Positions 48,828 through 62,551 of a DNA stretch of 64,000 bases are shown here, one piece after another. A program made the position numbers and the translations under genes. The notes beneath the pieces are model-generated. The model saw only the letters and a program-made list of their open reading frames with translations, ran no database searches and had not been told where the DNA came from. Position 1 is the first letter of the stretch, and each line of letters opens with the position of its first letter. Source of the DNA: the human T2T-CHM13v2.0 reference genome, Homo sapiens; assembly GCF_009914755.1 (NCBI RefSeq), contig NC_060938.1. The stretch is one strand, 5' to 3'.

Positions 48828-50279
48828 GTGAATAATAATTTTTAAAAATTTCTCAAAGAATATTTTGGTTTATAAGTTTTTAATTATTTCTAATACATTC
48901 ACTATTTCACTTCTTACAAAACAATTTTAGATGTTATCAATGAGTACTTTGCTGAAGACATAATTATTTCTCTGAACAGTTTCCTGACTTTGCCAGTTGG
49001 CCCTACGCTTGCCCCCTGAGGAAAACCAGCCTCAGAAGTGTGGCACTCACTTCTCAGCTCCCCTCTGGGCATTCCTGCATCCCCCAGCATTACTTGTAAA
49101 TATTTCAAATTCTTGCCACACGAGAACACGTAGCATATTCACACATACAGTATTGACTCTCTTATAGGTCAACTCCTTCATTTCGTTTAATAGCTTTCAT
49201 CTTGAAAACTGTAGAAATTCATCAGTTTAGGCTCCTCTGGCCTCCAAGTAGGATGTGTCTACCTTGATAAGGTGGGGAAACTGAGGCTGTTGTAGTTACA
49301 AGTCTTTCCAGGGAGTCAGTCCTCTTTCTTATGAGGAAGTTGGAATGCCTGAATCCCAGCCAGGCCCCCACACTAGAGAACTCCAGTTCTCCATGCTTAT
49401 CTTGCCCACCTTCTCTGTAGCTGGTGACATTACAGCCTGCGCTCTACATCAAACACACCTGTGGCTTCTGTAATGTGACCTTCCCCGGCTCTTTCTCCTC
49501 CTGGACCTCCGACTATGAGTGTTCCTTAATCCTCCATCAGTTTCTTTCCAAATTTAAGCCCTCCAGAACTTGCTCTTTCTAGTGTCCTTAGTATCATCCC
49601 TGTATAGAACTTGGAAGTCTCCTTCTCCAGTCCGGCCCATGCCCCTGGCTCTGATTCTATTTTACCTCTAGCTCTTTCTAGATGTCTGTGCCTGGAAAAA
49701 GCCTCATCTCCTTACGTTCCATATGGCCCCAAATAAGCCCATTAATGCCTCTCCCCACATACACACACCCTAGGAACGTATTTCCTCTTCCAAACAACAG
49801 TATTTTACTTCCAGCAGTGGCGCCACACAATTTGACACTTCCCCTTTCTCTAATTGCTTACTTTGTGTGTCTGTTTTGCCTCCTGACTAGACTGCAATAT
49901 CTTTGAGGGAGGAGGTTCCGTGGAGCAGGAGGCCCCCGGAGAGTCCCTAATAAGTGCCAAATGCAAAAAGGTTGAAGTCACCAGTTGAGAAAATCCACAT
50001 AAAATACACCTGAGCTTTTGGCCTGTATAAAATCAGCATGATGTTTTCTCCTGGGAGAGGTTCACAGCATATAATTTTAGTTCCTATTCTCCCCAATGCT
50101 CAGGTTACTCCAGGAAGCAATTTGGGGTGAGAGAAAAGCAGAGGCCCTGCTGAATATAGGGAAACAAAAATGCTCTAAAATATCTTCCACAGGAAAACTT
50201 AGTTCCACCTGACTGAACATTCCCATGACACAGGTAGACCTCGGAAAGTCCCACAGTCCACAGGCAAGGTGGAAATACC

Positions 50280-50520
50280 TCGTTAAGGCAATGCAGCCTG
50301 GGACTGCAGAATCAAGCAGGCCTGGGTTCAAATCCAACATTAGCTGCTTATGGTCTTGTGCACCCTTGAGAAAATCACTTAACCTCTCTGAGCCTCAATT
50401 TCCTCATGGTAAAAACGGAAGTAAGGCTACTTTGTAGATTTGTGTAAGGATTATTACTAGTAATAATTCAGTGAAGTCCCTAATACAGTGCTTGGCACAA
50501 TGAATGGTGACTGCTATTTA
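50280..50520 (+). mobile_element. MIR SINE
   Basis: CCTGGGTTCAAATCC...TCACTTAACCTCTCTGAGCCTCAATTTCCTCAT. Confidence 0.85.
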
Positions 50521-53008
50521 TGAGGTGGATGATGAGGAGGAGGGTGGTGGCGATGAGGATGATGTCCAGGACACACCTACCCACAAGAGAGGTCCATGTA
50601 TATATTTGGCATGCCACATGCCTACTCATGATTGGGGGGCCTGAGGATCACAGCTGTGAAAAGTGGCCTGCATGTTCAACCAACAGGTGCTCCAGAAACT
50701 GACTTTCTTCCAGCCAAGTCAAATGCTTTTCCACAGTGCCGCCCTGTTTCAAAAGAAAGTTGCATGGGGGAGATGTCCCTGAGTTTCTGTTATTAGTGAA
50801 AAATGTGACACTTACCTGTGTTTTCTTCACTGTGAGGTTTTTCTCCTCTGGGCAGAAATGTCACTAAAGGATGGAGTCCTTGGAAGCACTGACTGTAGTA
50901 GTGGAGGGTACATCTCTGCAGTGATTATTCCTGCCTAAGATTTTTGCAATGTCTATAATGCTCCTGGTCATCTCAAGAATTTCTAAAAATTGTTTTGACT
51001 CACTTTAATGAAAAAAGTTTTGATTCGCTTTAATTAAAAAAAATAAAACTCCAAAGGCACTGCGTCTCCACAGACCTTTGCAATTACTGGCTCCTAGTCG
51101 GCAGGTTTGGTAGAAGAGGGAAGGAGGAATGAATATTAAATCATAATCTCATCAGTAGATTTCCTTTCTCATTTTTTTTTTCCTTTTCCCAGTTAATGGG
51201 CAACTTCAGTAGTCCAAATGCTCTGAGTAGACCACTGGCCCACATGGAAATACTCCCTGGGATTAGTGAAAAGACTGGAATTGTTCTCACAATGCTACAG
51301 ATGGGGCATCTCAGATTCATACTACATATTATCTAGTTGGGTCTATAAAATGACATACTTAGGATCCTGCCACCAGCTCTTGGGATGCACTGCTTGTTCA
51401 TCACCCCTTATACTCTCCCATCCACTTTCCCAGACATTGCCCTGCTCTGAAGAAACCAACCACTCATCTGCTATATTCACCTTTAAGAAGTTGCCTATTC
51501 ACATCCTGTCATCTCCCTGTCTCTCAGTAATAAAAGAGCAAGGGTCAGTCACTGGTACTCCATTCTTGGAGAATTTTCCACCTAATTCTAGACATCTTCC
51601 ATCCATTTATTCATGCATTCATATAGCTATGACTGATGACTGATCTCATCCATCTATACTGGGAGAATCCAGCCCTTAAGCACAGAGAAGTCTCTCCTAA
51701 GCCACACCACTGTGAAAAATACTTGTCTTGTTGAGACGTTGCTTGGCTAAACGTACTTTAGGGACAGACTCAGAAGGTGTCTTTAATCCTATACAGTGTC
51801 ACAGACTTCAGTCCATGTAAGTTGAAATTATATCCTTTAAACTTTAGGGGTAAAACATCTCTTAGACTTAAGGCAGCATGAAATGACCATTGAAGGAGAG
51901 CTGAGAGGTGTTCGATTTAATCACTGAGCTTTCTGGTTGGGGGTTATTCTAAAATGGTTTGTGATGATTTTATCAGTCCACTTGAGTGAAGGTTGAATTT
52001 TCTATTTCCTAGGAACTGCCAATTTCCCATCTGTTGGATTTGAATAATACACAATGTGCCCAACATGATTTATCATCCCTTTACTCTCATAATCAATGTG
52101 CAGTGCATTGCACCTTGGCCTACAGATGAGGTAGCCATGGGTTCGGGCTGATTATTGTCTTCATATACTTCCCATTGCCTGACACTTCTCTTCCTAGTTT
52201 CAGATTATGTTCCTCAACTTTGCTGTGATAGAGAATGTGCTTATTGGTGGGGATTTACTCCAGTCTGGGGCATTTGTTAGACTTTCAGGTGCTAATCCAA
52301 TTGCTGCCTTTTTGTTTCTTTCTCATGGACCACTGTCTCATTGCCTTTGTTAAGGATTGAAAGCCTCTAGCTCCACTCAGAAAGTGTGATGAGAAATCCA
52401 AATCCCACCAAAGTTGAGCTCTTTGTTAACATTCCAGAGTCTGAGAAGGGAGCTTGCATAGGACTGAGTGGACATGTGTGGATTTTCCCCTCTAGGGAGC
52501 AGAGTGCAAATCCTGAAATGTACAATAGTTAACCTAAGGATGGGTTCAATGTCTTAAAACACCTGCCTTTACAAGCAGGAGATGTCTTTGAGACATCTTT
52601 CCCAAGTCAAAATTCATTTGTTCTTTGTCCTCTGAGACAACTCATAGACTTAAATGATGTTCTCAATCGAGAAACCCTCCCCAAAAGGTTAAGTTATGGT
52701 GACGGGTTGGGACCGAGCATACTTTAGTGGGCCTTGCTGAGAAACATTTCTCCGCTGATAGAGAACGCGGGCAGCCTCTGTCTGTGGTTCGTGCATATAG
52801 ACAAAGGTGAGGACACCACAGTCTGCATGATAAAAACCCCATAGGCAGGAAAAAGCAGGGGAGTTCATGACTTTCTTAAAACTGCTGCATCTTGCCCCCG
52901 ACACCAGGGAGAGCAGTGGCTGTTAATTCAGTAGCCTCACTTCATATCCCATGAAGTGGGACCCACCACAAGTGGAGCTCACCTCACAAATTCTAAGGAA
53001 GCAGCATC

Positions 53009-53344
<336 letters not shown>

Positions 53345-54388
53345 TTAATGTTAGTGACTGGTATGAGGTTTTGTTAGGAAGGAAAAGACAAGGGTACTAG
53401 AAATACGAGGAGGAGGGTGAAAGAATAATATCCAAATGATGGTTGTGGTGAGGTGACAATGCTATGGTTGTTTGTCCATCATGTTCTTCCCAGCAGGACG
53501 ATGTCACCCTGAGCTATTCACATGACCTAACAGGTCCTGCTTGTGGCCAACAGTATGGTGTCTGGCAGGGGAGGGCCCACAAGCCATGGCCAAGGAACAG
53601 ATCTAAATGGCCCACACACAGGGATGGAAACTGACAGCCTCAGCCACAGACATCACAAAGATCACACAATTGACTTCCTTGCCGAGTTAGCTCTGAAAGG
53701 ACGGATGAATGTGGTCAATTTCAGTTCAGGGAACTATACAAAGCCAGGGTCAGAAATAGCATACACAAAAACCCAAGTGTCTTCCCTCCCAAATATTCAC
53801 CCCACAAGCTAAAAGTGTCATTGTCCTTCATAATCAAAGATGGCATCAGAAAGTTCTGGGTATGACCAGTCAGATTAAAAAGTAAACACTTGTTTACTGT
53901 GTGCAGTAGACACACACTGATCTGAAGTTGGACCCAAAATACCATATAACTTTTGGCCAAAAAAAGCTGCTCTATTGCTTAAGATGAATGATAAGCTGGA
54001 CTCTTAGTAGGTACATTCTTCCACTTATCTAATATAAGGCTGTGAAGTTTGATTTGTAGTTCAGTGTGCCCTTAAGTTGTTTTTTTTTTTCTGTTGATCT
54101 TATTTCAGTTGACTGTGCAGCACCTTTCTGATGGTATTTTCACCCATTGTCTCCGCAAGTCAACCTCCAAGATCAGGGTGAGACAGCAAGTAGTATTTCA
54201 ATGCTGGCAAACCACAATCCATGACATGGTTAGAGATTCATTATTGCTGTGCTATATGCTGGGCTCTAAAATTTAATGTAGCTTCCAAAACTCCCCAGCC
54301 TACTTTTAGGGGCTGGTTTGAGCGCTGCAGAATAAATTTCATCAAGCCCCGTCTATTCAGATAACATAACCTTTAAGTAGTCTGCTAG

Positions 54389-54781
<393 letters not shown>

Positions 54782-54884
54782 TAACCTCTCTGAGTCTCAA
54801 GTGCCTCTTCAATAAAATGGTAATCACAATAGTTTATGTAACGTTTTTTATAATGCTACTTTAAATACCATTATAAAATTAAAA

Positions 54885-55130
54885 ATAATAACTGCTTTAT
54901 TGACCACCTACCGTATGCTAGACATTGTACACATTTTATTTAACTTTTACAACTCTTCCTTGAGTTTAGTATTATTCCCACACCCTCTATTTTATAGAAG
55001 AGAAAACTGAGGCTTCTAAGAGTCAGATGATGTGGCGAAGGACATTAAGCCAGCAACAGGTAGAATTTTGATTAGGACACAGAGATTTCTCATCCAAAGT
55101 CCATGATCTTAATTCCTACATTACCCTTCT
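54885..55130 (-). mobile_element. MIR SINE
   Basis: TTTATTGACCACCTAC...CTATTTTATAGAAGAGAAAACTGAGGCT. Confidence 0.8.
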
Positions 55131-55299
55131 AAGAAGATTAAATGAGGCAATTTAGGTAAATGTATAGTATTTGGCCTTCGGAAGTTGCTCAGAAAATGTT
55201 ACTTTGCTTCCTTTTTGCCTCCACTTTTGTTCTTAGCCTACTGAGTTATAGCTTCCCTTTCTGTGCTCAGGTAATTCATACTGTACTTGTATTTGGCTT

Positions 55300-55420
55300 A
55301 CTTTCATTCACATTCACTTAGCAATAAATATTTATTGAGTGTCTACTATGTGTCTTGCCCTATGCCAGACACTGGGTATTCAGTCATGAATACAAAAGAC
55401 ACAATCCCCCATCCTCAATG
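55300..55420 (-). mobile_element. L2 3' end
   Basis: AAATATTTATTGAGTGTCTACTATGTG...TGCCAGACACTGGG. Confidence 0.75.
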
Positions 55421-56457
55421 CACTTGTAGCAATGCCAACAGCGTCCTCCAGGAGTCTCTGAATGTGGAGGCTGAGCCACGTTGCACTTCTTTAAGATGGA
55501 TTAATACCATAGCATTTGCAACTATGATATTATGTTACCTTGGACACCAGGCAATTAGCAAGTAATTAAATCTCCCTTGGTCTGAATACACCTGCAACCA
55601 AACTGTCTGCTAAAGTTCTGTTACACTCACTAATTAGCATGAGTTGAATGACAGGATAATCAGAAAGAAAACACCTCCTCTTAGAGACTAGGAGTAAATG
55701 ACAAAAATGTGAAATGTGATTTTAACACTTTTTTGCTTGGATTTATATTAATGTAGAGTGGATGGACCCATTGTTTATCAATATTAATGCCTCTGGCAAT
55801 AAATATGTGCCTAGGAAGGATTGACATATGCTCATATTTATATTCATTCTTTCAATATCACAAAAAGTTTGAAAATAACTGTTGCTTAGTCACTATCTGA
55901 ATGCTTCCAACAGTAACAAATAACTATCTCTCAGAGCTAATAGTGAAGGTACTGACACCTGATTAAGTACAGGTGTACTCATTCAAGAAGCCGCAGTATT
56001 ATTTTTATGACCACCTACTACAAAGATACTATAGAAAACAGAGGATTCTCATGCAATTTCTCCCCAGTCAAAAATATTACCCATATCAACAGGGACTGAT
56101 GTCAGCCAGATTAGCTTATAAGTCAGGATAAATTAGCTTTTTGACTATAGAGTACTTTTTTTTGAATAAATGGAGAGAAGTATTCAATAGATCTTTACAA
56201 ATTAAATTTCCCCCTTTTAAAATTCCTTGGCTCTTTGATTAATACATTGCTTTTAAGACTTCAGTGAGAAGTATCATATTATCCTTGTGTTATCCCCTAT
56301 TTAGGAGCCTACGAATGTCTCTTAATTGGGGACAAAAGTCACCACCTGGGCTGGTGGCTGACTCATTGTGCATGCTTTGCTGGACCTGCCACTGTTGAGT
56401 CAGTGGTTCTCATCCCTCCACCCAGGGCCCAGACAAGCTCCAGCCTTTAAGAAACGT

Positions 56458-56809
<352 letters not shown>

Positions 56810-59800
56810 TCATGGATCGGGGCTGCAGCAGAAACAGTGAGTTAGAACAGACTCGGGACAAAGTAAAAAGTCCTGAGAGCCCACTCTGGGTTTTTTAATG
56901 TCTACTATTTGAGACATTTGCCAGCCTTTAAGCAAAAGCTCAATGGACAAACTTCAGTGTTCCCAGCTCTAAAGGAATTTAGCTTAATGCTAACGCAGAA
57001 AAAATTCCCCAGCCACTCATGTAACTTTATTAGACAAAGTGGAGCATGCCTGCTCTTAAAGAAGAAGAAAAAAGACGTTATTTTCTTTTTCAGAGATTGT
57101 GCTACCCTAGAAAGGGAATGCATTTGAAGTAGTAAATGTAGACATTTCAGGCAAATATGTACTTTGTCTTCAAATGAACAGCTTTCGAAATGATCTTGGT
57201 TAAGCTCCCTTTTATTTTTATCTTTTATTCCTCTACAATGCCAGCTGAGGTTACCCATCTCCCAACAGCTACCAAATGGACTAGTAATTGTAAGGCTCGG
57301 TGATTTAATTAGACTCATTCTAAACACTCACATTTTTATCAATTAGTTAATGGGCTAAAGAGAGTCTCTTTGTTGGAGCCAGGTCATTTGGAAGCTAGAG
57401 GCTTCTTGAGGGCAAGAAGCTGAAGAACAGCAGCGTTAATATCTGTAATTAACCTCACGAGTCCTGGGTTGTTCAATTAGGAATGACCTCCCTTCCTTTC
57501 CATATGCCTTTCATCAGATGGGATTTTAATGTGAAATAATCACTGAAGAAAAATGAACCAAAAAGAAAGCTTCCCAAAAAATTAGACCTGGATGAAAACA
57601 GGACAAAAAGAAAAAGTTCCCCATCTCAAGTGCTTCTAAGTTATTTATTCAACCAGAGCTGTTAATTGGTGACATTCCTAAAAATAATAATGATGAATTT
57701 TTCAGAGAATCAATGCTACTAGTAATAGATATCAGAAAATCTTTTAAAACAGGGGTTTGTGTAATCATGCAAGCTGATTCTAAAACAGGGGTGATCTATT
57801 GTGCTTCTGAAAAATTTTAACTTTTGATTCCTTTTTGTAAATTATTGCCGTCAACTTTTTTGTATGGAGAATTCCATTTACATTTCCCTGTGAAAAAAGG
57901 CTACCACCTTATGCCTATAGTTATAATAAATAAATGCTAGGTGCATTGAATCAAAGATTATTTTGCTTCTTAGCATGCTAGTCAACTTCTACTCTTGCAA
58001 GAAATCCATGGGCAGTTCACAAATTGTACATACCTATTCCTACTGCTGATTACTGATAAAACATAAAGCATCTTTACACATAAATAAGACTAGTATTGAT
58101 TTAAAAAATTAATCTGTGAGGATGGGATAAAACAATTTATAAATTAAAATGCACGAAAGACCACAATGAAAGATCTATCAAAAAATTAACACTCTCAAAG
58201 AATATGCACCATTATTTTTTATTTGTAACTAAATCTTTAAATCTCTATTGTTCAGCATCATCAGCATTTTGAATTTAGTGGAAAAAGATATATTCACTTT
58301 GATGGCAAACACATCAAAATAGTAGCAGTTACAAAGATAATTTCTTTGTTTTCTGCCTGGTTAGAAACCATTCACAAAGAAAATGAAGGACTGAATTTCC
58401 TAGAAACATGAAAACAGAGAGGAAGTGACACTTGTTTTGAGGATTTTAACAGAAAAGGAGGATGGACCATCACTTGAGAAAATTGAATTCTTTCAGGCAT
58501 TCATCACAAACTCTGAGTCCTATCTAATGCCCCCAGTCATCGAAATTAAAGATGCCCAAGCAGCTGGTAAAAAGTAGCAATTCCTTGCTCCTACTGTAAC
58601 TGTGTGCATGTTTCAGTGGTTCTGACCAGTAGCAGTTTACGTTTATTGTTATGATCAACAATTATATTGTGCATGCTCAGTAAATATGCTGCTCTGCTGC
58701 GCTTCATAAATGTGTCCTTTGTTTCCTTCATCATTAGGCAGACATTCGTTCTGTACAATGTCCAACTTCCAGACAGGTGGAATAAGGAGGTGGCATCTGT
58801 CTAAATATTGAATGCCACGCTTCCCCCATCTGCTGTAATAACAGTGCTGGGTCTGCTTGGCTTCAGTTATCCTCTTCTGCATACAACCAGTCAGCCATAT
58901 GCCCTATATACTGCACGTGCCACCAGAGTGGCAGGGCCTGTTTTACAGCCTCTGAGCAAGTAGCCAAACAAGTGGGGAAAAGATGAGAGGAAAGATGAGA
59001 AGCAGAGGTTGGAGGTCAGGCCAGTGAGGGAATCAGCAGGTGATGGTCAATACAGCCACTGAGAGCTACTCAAAGAACCAATAGAAAAGGCCTTCAAAAG
59101 TCAATGGCCAGCATAGAGCACAGTGCCAATCAAATTTTACAGGGCATACCTTCCAGGCTAGGCAAATAAGAAGATTTAGAGCACATGGCAGTTCATCGTT
59201 TATAATCCTGTCTTAGCCCAGCATGGCTTAGTGATAGTTCAGTGACAGATGATGAGCACATGACAGCTGCAGGATCTTATACAAACGCATACAGTAAAAT
59301 TAAAATTAAATTAGTGACACACGTGTACACATTGGTTGTGCAACAGTTACACAATCTGTTCAAGACCCCTCACAGACTCTGCCACTAGGCCTTCCATACA
59401 GGATACCAATAAAGCACTTTGAAAAGGCACCCAGGAGTTTGTCCTGGCCAGGAAGAGCCCTTGCCTTGGGCAAAGGTAGAATTCAAAAGGACTCTTAGGC
59501 AAATAAAGGTGCTCAGGTTCCCACCTACAAAAATGGCAAAGTTTAATGATGCTTTCCATTGGCCTAATTAAAATGGACTGAGGGTTTAGAGTATTCAAAG
59601 GAGGAGAAAGAAGCCCAACATGGAAGTAAGTGTATTGGGCCTGGACTAAATCATTAACTGTCGTGCCCCTTCAATCTGTAATCTGCTGATTTCATTACTG
59701 ACAATTTTTATATGCTTTTATAAAAATATGAATTCCTGTACTGGATAACTCTAATTTGAGAGTAACTTCTATTATTTTAAATGTCTAGGTCCTTCGTTAC

Positions 59801-60515
59801 AAATTATGTGTTCCTTCATTCGTCTGAAGATTTGTTTTAGGTAATTTATCACGATAAGTGATTTTCCAAGTCACGTTTCTTATGCAACCTTATAAAGGTG
59901 TTACATATTTTTCAAACTTTAAAGTTTATTTTACTATTTTTGCTCTCTTTCCTTGACCCAACCCATTTCAAATGTATTTGTGTTTGATATTCATATTTGC
60001 TTCAACTCAGATTTTAATAAAAAACACCATGTTGGCAAACAGTAATATTAGAAGAAAACAGTTTTGGTTTCTGAGCTGCTTGTCACACCTCTGTAAAATA
60101 TTCTATTTGGACCTCATGAAATCAAAACAAGAATTACAACTCCACAGTTCTGAATGTTTATAATAATTTACTCTCTATATAATTACTTTATAAATCAATT
60201 CTATATTTTAATATATAAAATAAGACATTAAATTTTTTAATTAAGAGTTTTTTTAAATACTACTTTAAATTATTAGAACATTATATCAAAACAAATTTTT
60301 ATATTGTTAATCCTCACAGTACCTCTTTGAACACGATGAGTGAAAAATAACAAAGCGCCAAAAGAAATAAGCCATTTGACCAAAGTCACATGCAAGAAAA
60401 AAAAATTCATCAGTGAAGTTAAGACTCAAACAAAGAATTTGTTATCTGCCTTTAGACTTTTATTATAGATTCAAAACTTCCTCACCTAATTTTAAATTCC
60501 TGTCCCCCTTTTTAG

Positions 60516-60630
60516 GTACTGCTCTTCTGCTTTAAATCACCTCTGTCTTCCACACTTCTGAACATGAAGGCAACCTGAGAATCCATGTAAATGTGTCTGC
60601 AAGTAAAGAAAAAGCCAACCAGTGCTTAAG
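60516..60630 (+). other. Candidate non-coding cassette exon (115 nt)
   Basis: Branch-like CCTAAT, pyrimidine tract, TAG|G acceptor, AAG|GTGAGG donor; stops in all three frames. Confidence 0.3.
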
Positions 60631-62536
60631 GTGAGGACTGAAGCCTGACTTCTAGATTGCTTTGGGGCCATCTCTAAAAACTTGAAAGAATTGTATTCTT
60701 TTAAGAAAAAAGAATTTTCCTGACAATGAAATCTTATCTATCAATTCTAACAGTGTTTTGGATATAGGATTTATGGGAGACTTTTACATGCTCATGATGT
60801 AGTAATAAAATCACCTCCTATTTTCCAATTGAAGAATCTTTGAACATTTCCTCTTTGATTTCTATATGATATGCAGCTTCCCTTGAGGTCAAGTTACACT
60901 GAGTATACACACAAATTATTACATGCCTCAACTAAAGGGATTTCCTTAATCATTCTTTAAGAAAAAAGAAAAATGGAAAAAAAAAAACACTTTCACAAGC
61001 AATTGTTTTGTTTTTATTGTTACTGATGTTTGACCAAAGTTTCTGCCAAATCCTAATTCTCTGTCTCATTCCCAGAAGGATTGTCAAACAAGTTTCAGCA
61101 CTGGTCCTATGTGTTGTGTGGTGGTATAGTACACACAAAGGTATGGCAAACACAAATTCTATGAAACTCTACATTTACTGTGAGGTGGCAGAGGCCCTTG
61201 TTTGAAAGAAAGTGAAAAACAAATGACAATTTTGAATCTATATCACTAACCCTTTATTTTGTATATCCAAACAACAGGCTGAAAATCTGCCCCCTCCAGG
61301 GCCAGGTATTCAAATTAGATTCCTAGTTCATCCATATCATGAGTATAGTCTGTGTACCTGCTAACACAAAAACCAGAGGGTTTGTTGTCCTAACCTGTGC
61401 GAGGCCTGGAGATCTACAGATGGTCAGCAATGAGGATGTGCACACAAGGAGATGCACTCTTCTTCCAAAGGTTGGAGAAAATGGAAAATAAACATTGATA
61501 GTAACTATATATGTCCTATTAAAGAAATATACACATAGATTTTTTATAAATACTGTCACATGAAGAGAACATCCAGGCATCAAGGGTAGTCAGGTTGTTG
61601 TAAAATTTGCCCAGGGGATGGAAAGTCAGGGTTTGGGGGATGAAATGCCCTGCCTATAATGGGAAATAGTCACAATCACAGCAGGTGGTCTCAAGTTTAT
61701 TGAAAAATGATGCAAATCATAATACCGAGTAAATCATAAACAAACACCATTAGGCTGATGGTTGGGTTGATAAAGTTGTGAAACCAACAGGGACAAGTGT
61801 TTTCTTTCAAGGGAATTCTGTGTCCCAGTTCCTCTCTGTAGCCCACCCATCAGGATGAAGCTCAAATCTTTCCTGGATGGGCAGCAATGGAAGGAAAAGG
61901 CAGGGTGGAACATGATCTCTATATCCCCAAACAAATCTTAAAAAAAAAAAAAATCCTTATTATTATTATTATTTTCAGTCCCAGTTCTTCATTAGAAATA
62001 AAAGAGTTGTATTCAGGAGCCAAATCTGAAATGATGAAAATCCTGAGAGGAAAAGAAGCAGGAAAGATTTAGCAGTTCACCCTTTTATTACTGTTATGAT
62101 TACTCTTTATTACTTAGCACTTACATGGCACTTTATTTTTTTCCAAGTGCTTTACACTCCTTAATTACTTAATCTTGAAATATATTTAGAAAGGCACTTG
62201 AATTTATTTGACGCTGCTATTCAAAACCTATTTTGCCCCATTTTCAGCCCCCACTCGTGGCAGTACAGTATCTTCCTGCTGGGAATCGAGGTGTGGAAAG
62301 GGGTGGCTGATAGAAAGGAACTCCTGAAGAAAAATGGAGCGGGAGGAAGGAGAGGAGAAACCAGCCTGTGCTCAAATAACAATAATCAGCAATGACTACT
62401 ACTCTCTCCTTCTCTTTGGCATTCATTGCCAATCCAGCGTCTTTCAAATTTTTAAATAATCAGTAGTTTATAAAATGCAATAAATATAGATTCTGCATAC
62501 CATACACACAACAGATTTTGCTAACTGAATTATGTT

Positions 62537-62551
62537 GCTTGTCATGCAAAT
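62537..62551 (+). promoter_or_regulatory. Candidate SOX-OCT composite element
   Basis: GCTTGTCATGCAAAT versus CWTTGTNATGCAAAT (13/15, correct spacing). Confidence 0.4.

Noticed and set aside
50810-50900. Perfect minus-strand donor CAG|GTAAGT (similar isolated donors near 42107 and 46605)
   Set aside because: Only moderate or ambiguous acceptors upstream; isolated consensus donors are expected by chance in 64 kb.
60155-60310. Very AT-rich stretch as a matrix-attachment or unwinding element
   Set aside because: Composition alone is not diagnostic; such tracts are common.
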